From the NCBI GenBank assembly GCA_046484865.1, contig JAWOID010000071.1, forward strand, positions 42,012 through 106,011: a DNA stretch of 64,000 nucleotides, read 5' to 3'. This document shows, one piece after another, positions 57,974-64,000 of the stretch (position 1 is the first letter of the stretch; the number at the start of each line of letters is the position of its first letter). The notes beneath the pieces were generated by a model that worked only from the letters and a program-made list of their open reading frames with translations, was not told where the DNA came from and searched no databases. The translations under genes were made by a program, and so were the position numbers. The DNA comes from Candidatus Krumholzibacteriia bacterium (GTDB lineage: Bacteria > Krumholzibacteriota > Krumholzibacteriia > LZORAL124-64-63).

Positions 57974-60900
57974 GTGAAAGACTCCGCCGCGATCCGAGAT
58001 CTGCGCGACTACTTCGCGCTCGGCTTCGCCACGTCCGACGAGGCCTGGCGTCGCTACGCGCTGACCGAACTGGTGCCCGCCGGGGAGGAGGCGTCGGCCG
58101 AGGACCTGCGGTACGCCGTGCGCAAGCTCGCCGACCGTCTGGCCGAAGCGCGCGCCCGGCGCACCACGCCGCTGCCCGAGGTGAAGGCCGAGCGTCTGCT
58201 GGCGCTGTCCGCGCTCAACGACGCGCTGCGGTTCCTGGGCCGCCGCTACCTCACCGACGACAACCCCGGCGCCGTGAGCCGCGGCCGTGCGTTCGCGGAA
58301 CACAAGATCGGCCCGGACATCGTGACCGGCGTCAATCACCGCTTCGGCGAACTCTTCCCCCCCACCGAGGTCCAGCAGCGACGCATCGACCTGGAGCAGT
58401 GGCTCCAGCGCGACCGGTCGAGCGAGAGGATCACCGTCGAGCTGATCCTGCTCTTCCTGCAGATGCGCAACCCGGCCGCCACGGCCTACCGCGAGCTGTT
58501 CGACGACGAGGAACTGCAGCGGCGCGCGAGCTACGTGCCCTACGTGGTGGCCCTGGAGGAGTTCTTCGACCGCGAACCGCCGTCCGGCCGCACCGGTATG
58601 ACCCTCTTCGCGTTCCTGCGCGCGCCCATCCTGGCCGCGCCCGACTCGCTCGAGGGGCAACTCGCCTACGTGCGGGATCACTGGGCCGGTCTGCTGCCGG
58701 ACGACCTCATCGCCCGCCTCGACCTCGCCCGCGACCTCCTGCGCGAGGAGGACGTGTTCCGCGGCGTGGGCTTCGGCGGCGTGCCGCCCGTGCTCGAGTT
58801 CGGACCGGGTACCGCTGGCGCCTACTCCGGCTATCCGGAACCGGAGTCCTTCACCCGCGACGCCGACTGGATGAGCAACGTCGTGCTCATCGCCAAGAGC
58901 ACCTATGTCTGGCTGGACCAGCTCTCCCGGTGGCACGGGCGGCGGATCGAACGTCTCGACGAGATCCCGGACGAGGAACTGGACCGTCTGGCGCGCTGGG
59001 GCGTGAACGGCCTGTGGCTCATCGGACTCTGGGAGCGCTCCCACGCGTCGCGCACCATCAAGCAGTGGCTGGGCAATCCGGAGGCGGTGGCGTCGGCCTA
59101 CTCGCTGTACGACTACGCGATCGCCGCGGACCTGGGCGGCGCCGAGGCCTACGAGAACCTGCGCCGGCGAGCGTGGGACCGCGGCATCCGCCTGGCCAGC
59201 GACATGGTGCCGAATCACATGGGGATCGACAGTCGCTGGGTGCTGGAGCATCCGGACTGGTTTGTGCAGGTCCCCCATCCGCCCTATCCGGGCTATCGCT
59301 TCACGAGCGAGAATCTCGCCCGCGACGACCGCATGGCCATCCAGATCGAGGACGGTTACTGGGACAAGAGCGACGCCGCGGTGGTGTTCAAGCGCACCGA
59401 TCCCCGGTCCGGCGAGGCGCGCTACATCTATCACGGCAACGACGGCACGAGCATGCCCTGGAACGACACCGCGCAGCTCGACTTCACCCGCGCCGACGTG
59501 CGCGAGGCGGTGGTGCAGACGATCCTGCACGTGGCGCGCATGTTCCCGATCATCCGTTTCGACGCCGCGATGACCCTGGCCAAGAAGCATTACCAGCGCC
59601 TCTGGTTCCCCGCCCCCGGCGACGCCGGGGCCATCCCCTCGCGCGCCGAGCACAGCATGATCCGCGAGCGCTTCGACCAGGTCTTCCCGAAGGAGTTCTG
59701 GCGCGAGGTCGTGGACCGAATCCAGGCCGAGGCGCCCGACACCCTGCTGCTCGCCGAGGCGTTCTGGCTGATGGAGGGCTACTTCGTGCGCACCCTGGGC
59801 ATGCACCGCGTCTACAACAGCGCGTTCATGAACATGCTCAAGATGGAGGAGAACCAGAAGTACCGGCAGACCATCAAGAACGTGCTCGAGTTCAGCCCCG
59901 AGGTGCTCAAGCGCTTCGTCAACTTCATGAACAACCCGGACGAGCGAACGGCGGTGGAGCAGTTCGGCAAGGGCGACAAGTACTTCGGCGTGGCGGTGAT
60001 GATGGTCACCATGCCGGGCCTGCCCATGCTCGGACACGGGCAGATCGAGGGCTTCGCCGAGAAGTACGGGATGGAGTACCGGCGAGCCTACTGGGACGAG
60101 CCGATCGACCGGGACATGGTGAGCCGCCACGAACGCGAGGTGTTCCCGCTCATGCGGCGGCGCGCCCTGTTCAGCAGCGCGGACAACTTCGCCATCTACG
60201 ACCTGGTGCGCGACGACGGCGGCGTGGACGAGAACGTCTTCGCCTACACGAACCGGCACGGCGACGAGCGCGCGCTGGTGATCTACAACAACGCCTATGC
60301 CGGCACGGCGGGACGCATCCACACCGCGTCGGCGGTGAACACGGGCCCTGCCGATGCACCGCACCTGGTGCAGCGGTCGCTGGCGGACGCTCTCGGGGTG
60401 CGCGACGAGGACGGTCTGTTCTACGCCTTCCGCGACGCCATCACAGGTCGGGAGTACCTGCGCCACGGACACGAGATCGGCGGCGGCTTCCACGCCGACC
60501 TGCGGGGGTACCAGTACCAGGTGTTCCTCGACTGGCGCGAGGTGCGCGACCACGACGGCGTGTGGGCGCGGGTGCACTCCCATCTCGCCGGCCGGAGCGT
60601 TCCCAGCCTGGAGTGGGCGCGCCGCGAGACCGAGCTCGAGCCGGTGCTGACCTGGCTCGAAGGTCGCCTGCGCGAGGACCTGGCCGACATCGCGCCTGCG
60701 ACCCGGGACGCGGGGCGCACGTCGCGGCCGGGCGGCGAAGCTGCGGGCGGTCGCGATGCGTCGGCCGACCCGGCTGCCGACCCCGCGACCCAGGCCGCCG
60801 ACCCCGCCGCCCAGGCCGCCGACCCCGCGGCCAAGACCGCCGACCCCGCGGCCCGGCCGGCGGAACCGGCCACCCGGGCCGCCGCGCCGGAGGCCGAGCA

Positions 60901-61594
60901 GGCCCCGGCCCGGGAAAGCACCGCTGGACCCCCCTCCGGCCGCGAGCGCGGCGACAACGCAGAGGGGCCGCTTGACGCCGTCCGCGCGACCGGCGGCGGC
61001 GCTGAACGGGAGGATCTACCGCCCGTGGAGCAGGACTTTCCCGCCGGCAGCTACCACCGGGCGCCGGCGCTGCCGCCGAACGCGCTGGCCATCACGCGCG
61101 CCATCCTCGGTGAGGCGGCGGCGCGCATCGAGGCGGAGAGCGGCCCGGGCAAAGCGGTGCGGCGCCGCCGGCCGGCGCGTGGTCTCGATGCGGAATTGCT
61201 GGTGGCGCGCGCCGGTGCGGTGCTCGCCGACTGGCCGCCCGGCGGCGACGCCGCCGCCGTCTGGTTCGGCGCGCGTCTCGCCGGACTCCTGGCCTGGCGC
61301 CCGGGGCTGCTCGCCGCCGCCGGGCGCGGCGAGGCGGGCAACCTCCTCCGAGCGCTCGCTGACGATCCGGTCGCCAGCCAGTACCTGGGGATCAACCGGC
61401 ACGAGGGGCAGATCTACCTGCGCGGCGAGACGCTGGAGCAGTGGATCGGAGCCGAGGCGCTGCTGGAAAGCCCCGCGGACGAGCAACGCCGCCAGGCCGC
61501 TCACGATCTGCTGCGGAACGCCGCCAGCGCCGGGTACCGACTCGGTGTCCTGGCGGACATCCTGGACCGCGGGACAAGCCCGGATCATTCGTGA
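57974..61594 (+). CDS. Large GH13 alpha-amylase-family protein with N- and C-terminal extensions
   Basis: DMVPNH (region I), IRFDAAM (nucleophile), LAEAFW (acid/base), MNNPDE (region IV) and TMPGLP; GGAGAGG RBS plus GTG start. Confidence 0.88.
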   Translation: MKDSAAIRDLRDYFALGFATSDEAWRRYALTELVPAGEEASAEDLRYAVRKLADRLAEARARRTTPLPEVKAERLLALSALNDALRFLGRRYLTDDNPGAVSRGRAFAEHKIGPDIVTGVNHRFGELFPPTEVQQRRIDLEQWLQRDRSSERITVELILLFLQMRNPAATAYRELFDDEELQRRASYVPYVVALEEFFDREPPSGRTGMTLFAFLRAPILAAPDSLEGQLAYVRDHWAGLLPDDLIARLDLARDLLREEDVFRGVGFGGVPPVLEFGPGTAGAYSGYPEPESFTRDADWMSNVVLIAKSTYVWLDQLSRWHGRRIERLDEIPDEELDRLARWGVNGLWLIGLWERSHASRTIKQWLGNPEAVASAYSLYDYAIAADLGGAEAYENLRRRAWDRGIRLASDMVPNHMGIDSRWVLEHPDWFVQVPHPPYPGYRFTSENLARDDRMAIQIEDGYWDKSDAAVVFKRTDPRSGEARYIYHGNDGTSMPWNDTAQLDFTRADVREAVVQTILHVARMFPIIRFDAAMTLAKKHYQRLWFPAPGDAGAIPSRAEHSMIRERFDQVFPKEFWREVVDRIQAEAPDTLLLAEAFWLMEGYFVRTLGMHRVYNSAFMNMLKMEENQKYRQTIKNVLEFSPEVLKRFVNFMNNPDERTAVEQFGKGDKYFGVAVMMVTMPGLPMLGHGQIEGFAEKYGMEYRRAYWDEPIDRDMVSRHEREVFPLMRRRALFSSADNFAIYDLVRDDGGVDENVFAYTNRHGDERALVIYNNAYAGTAGRIHTASAVNTGPADAPHLVQRSLADALGVRDEDGLFYAFRDAITGREYLRHGHEIGGGFHADLRGYQYQVFLDWREVRDHDGVWARVHSHLAGRSVPSLEWARRETELEPVLTWLEGRLREDLADIAPATRDAGRTSRPGGEAAGGRDASADPAADPATQAADPAAQAADPAAKTADPAARPAEPATRAAAPEAEQAPARESTAGPPSGRERGDNAEGPLDAVRATGGGAEREDLPPVEQDFPAGSYHRAPALPPNALAITRAILGEAAARIEAESGPGKAVRRRRPARGLDAELLVARAGAVLADWPPGGDAAAVWFGARLAGLLAWRPGLLAAAGRGEAGNLLRALADDPVASQYLGINRHEGQIYLRGETLEQWIGAEALLESPADEQRRQAAHDLLRNAASAGYRLGVLADILDRGTSPDHS
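60764..60880 (+). repeat. 21-bp coding tandem repeat (AADPAAQ-like linker)
   Basis: AADPATQ-AADPAAQ-AADPAAK-TADPAAR-PAEPATR. Confidence 0.85.
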
Positions 61595-61604
61595 TTGACC
61601 ATGG

Positions 61605-63719
61605 CTAGCGCGCCAGTCCCGCGCAGTCGAGCAGGAACGCCCAGGCCAGAGCCGTCTCGCGGTGCTGCTTGAACCGGCCCGACGCCCCGCCGTGTCCCGC
61701 CTCCATGTTCGTCTGCAGGAGCAGCCGGTTGTCGTCGGTCTTGCGGGCCCGCAACCGCGCCACCCACTTGGCCGGCTCCCAGTACTGCACCTGCGAGTCG
61801 TGCAGTCCGGTGGTCACCAGCAGGTGTGGATACGGCTGCGCCGCGACGTTGTCGTACGGCGAGTAGCCGAGCATGTAGCGGTAGGACTCCGGATCGTGGG
61901 GATCGCCCCACTCGTCGTACTCGCCGGTGGTGAGCGGGATCGAGTCGTCGAGCATCGTGGTGACCACGTCCACGAACGGCACCCACGCCACCGCGCCGTC
62001 GAACAGATCGGGGGCCAGGTTGAGCACCGCGCCCACCAGCAGCCCGCCGGCGCTGCCGCCCGCGCAGTAGAGCCGGTCGGGGTCGGCGTAGCCCTCCTCC
62101 ACCAGGTGGCGGCCACAGGCGATGAAATCGGTGAACGTGTTCTGCTTCCTGAGCAGCCGGCCGTCGTCGTACCAGCGCCGCCCCATCTCCTGACCTCCCC
62201 GCACGTGGGCGATGGCGTAGACGAAGCCGCGGTCCAGCAGGCTGAGCCGGGGCGAACTGAACGCGGCGTAGCTGCTCGAACCGTACGAACCGTAGCCGTA
62301 CAGCAGCAGCGGATTGCTGCCCGGTTCGAAGAGGTCGGCCCGGTACACGAGCGAGATCGGTACCCGGGTACCGTCCGCTGCCGTCGCGTGCAGGTACTCG
62401 GACCGATAGGCGCCGGGGTCGAATCCCCCCAGGACACGTTCCTGCTTGCGGAGGGTGCGCTCGCCGGTCTCCAGGTCGTGGTCGTAGATGGTCTGCGGCG
62501 TGGTCAGGGAGGTGTAGGCGTACCGCAGCACCGGCGCATCCTCGTCGTGGTTGTCCGTGGTGAAGACGGCGTAGGTGGGATCGTCGAACGGCACCTCGGT
62601 CTCGCCGCTGCCGTCGCCGGCGACGATGCGCAGTCGCGGCAGGCCGTCCCGTCGCTCGCGGAGCACCAGATGGCGGCGGAAGATCTCGAAGCCGTCGAGG
62701 AGCACGTCGGCCCGGTGCGGGACGATCACCTGCCAGTGCTCACGACCGGTGCTGCCGGGCCGGGCGGCCATCAGGCGGAAGTTCTCGGCCTCCCAGTTCG
62801 TGCGCACCAGGAAGCGGTCGCCGGCATGGTCCACGGCATACTCCAGGCCGCGCTCCCGCGGCTGGAAGACGTCCCACTCTCCCAGCGGGTCGTCCGCCCG
62901 CAGGAACCGTACCTCGTCGGACATGGTCTGCGAGGAGACGATCAGCAGGTACTGCCGCGACTTCGACTTGCCGACCCGGACGGAGAAGGTGGGGTCGTCC
63001 TCCTGGTAGACCATGGCGTCGCGCGCCGGGTCCTCACCCAGCGTGTGTCGCCAGATCTGGAACGCACGCAGGGTCTGCGGATCCTGGCGGGCGTAGAACA
63101 GGACGTGCGGACCCTCGGCCCAGACCAGGTTTCCCGTGACGTCATCGATGGCGTCGGGCAGATCCGCGCCGGTGTCGAGATCGCGGAAGCGGACGGTGTA
63201 CTTGCGGCGGCCCACCGTATCCACGGCATACGCAGCGATGCGGTTGTCGGCGCTCACGACCGGGCCACGCAACGAAAAGAACGCGTGACCGGCGGCCAGG
63301 GCGTTGCCGTCGAGCATCACCTCCTCGGGCGCGTCCGGCGCTGCGCGCCGGCGGCACTTCAGCGCGTAGTCGCCGCCGGGTACGTGGCGTTCGTAATAGT
63401 CATAACCGTTCAGGAGGTACGGCACCGATGCGTCGGTCGGGTCGAGACGGGCCACGATCTCGTCGTACAGGCGCTGCCTGAGGTCCGCGACGGGCGCCAG
63501 CACCTGCTCCAGGTAGGCGTTCTCGGCCTCGAGATACCCGATCACCGCCGGGTTCTCGCGCTCCCGCAGCCAGTGATACTCGTCCAAGCGCACGTCGCCG
63601 TGCGCCTCCAGGCGGTGGGGGTGGACTTCGGCGACCGGGGGCGCAGGCGCATCCGTCTGGACGGCGCCGATCAGCAGCACGGCGAGGACGGACGCGTGAT
63701 GGGCGAGCGATACTGGCAT
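61605..63719 (-). CDS. ptrB: Oligopeptidase B (S9A) with a putative signal peptide
   Basis: DEYHWLR, LLYGYGSYG, HVRGG, GGSAGG (Ser), HDSQV (Asp) and AGHGG (His). Confidence 0.93.
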   Translation of the reverse strand: MPVSLAHHASVLAVLLIGAVQTDAPAPPVAEVHPHRLEAHGDVRLDEYHWLRERENPAVIGYLEAENAYLEQVLAPVADLRQRLYDEIVARLDPTDASVPYLLNGYDYYERHVPGGDYALKCRRRAAPDAPEEVMLDGNALAAGHAFFSLRGPVVSADNRIAAYAVDTVGRRKYTVRFRDLDTGADLPDAIDDVTGNLVWAEGPHVLFYARQDPQTLRAFQIWRHTLGEDPARDAMVYQEDDPTFSVRVGKSKSRQYLLIVSSQTMSDEVRFLRADDPLGEWDVFQPRERGLEYAVDHAGDRFLVRTNWEAENFRLMAARPGSTGREHWQVIVPHRADVLLDGFEIFRRHLVLRERRDGLPRLRIVAGDGSGETEVPFDDPTYAVFTTDNHDEDAPVLRYAYTSLTTPQTIYDHDLETGERTLRKQERVLGGFDPGAYRSEYLHATAADGTRVPISLVYRADLFEPGSNPLLLYGYGSYGSSSYAAFSSPRLSLLDRGFVYAIAHVRGGQEMGRRWYDDGRLLRKQNTFTDFIACGRHLVEEGYADPDRLYCAGGSAGGLLVGAVLNLAPDLFDGAVAWVPFVDVVTTMLDDSIPLTTGEYDEWGDPHDPESYRYMLGYSPYDNVAAQPYPHLLVTTGLHDSQVQYWEPAKWVARLRARKTDDNRLLLQTNMEAGHGGASGRFKQHRETALAWAFLLDCAGLAR

Positions 63720-64000
63720 CTGGAGATCTCCTCGGCAGGCACGGAAGCTGCGGTGCACGGCGTGCGGGCGACCGGGCAGAACACTAACATCGGCCACCGG
63801 TCGGCGGCAAACGGGTAGATCGAGTTGTCGGGGGGCACGGCCGCCTGCTATCGTCGATCGCGCCGTCCGCCGGCGACCGCGTCGGCCCGCTCACCTCGCG
63901 CCGCGGGCGCTGCGGGGCGCAGCCGGGACAGCTATCTTGAGCCTCCGGGCCGCTCCGGCCCGCTGGCCATCGGACCGTTGCCGTGGTTGGAGTCGCTGCC

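Noticed and set aside
54435..57977. 1180-aa plus-strand ORF
   Set aside because: Antisense to the HMGS and atuA genes, which carry clear motifs.

Overview
Gene-dense, very GC-rich bacterial chromosome segment with about 41 CDS. I found no rRNA, tRNA, CRISPR array, integrase or transposase. Three secreted enzymes end in a PNPFNP/FlgD-Ig (T9SS type-A-like) C-terminal domain, which suggests an FCB-superphylum lineage such as Krumholzibacteriota or Latescibacterota (inference). Main contents: (i) a Bacillus-like fatty-acid degradation locus, with TetR-type fadR and two methylmalonyl-CoA mutase subunits divergent from fadN-fadA-fadE, a near-consensus sigma70 promoter and a FadR-type operator; (ii) many secreted peptidases (Kgp-like C25 gingipain, M14, M1-like, S9A, and a gluzincin/PD40/Omp85 fusion); (iii) an archaeal-type HMG-CoA synthase/thiolase/DUF35 trio directly downstream of an AtuA-family gene; (iv) an Omp85-family barrel gene followed by an uncharacterised lipoprotein with an atypical HipA/PI3K-like kinase motif set; (v) an active/inactive DUF3857-transglutaminase pair; (vi) a perfect 34-bp CTAG-bounded palindrome and several micro tandem duplications. 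The best candidates for an undescribed system are the Omp85 plus exported kinase-like lipoprotein pair and the AtuA plus archaeal HMG-CoA module. All family calls come from motif recognition by eye, without database searches.
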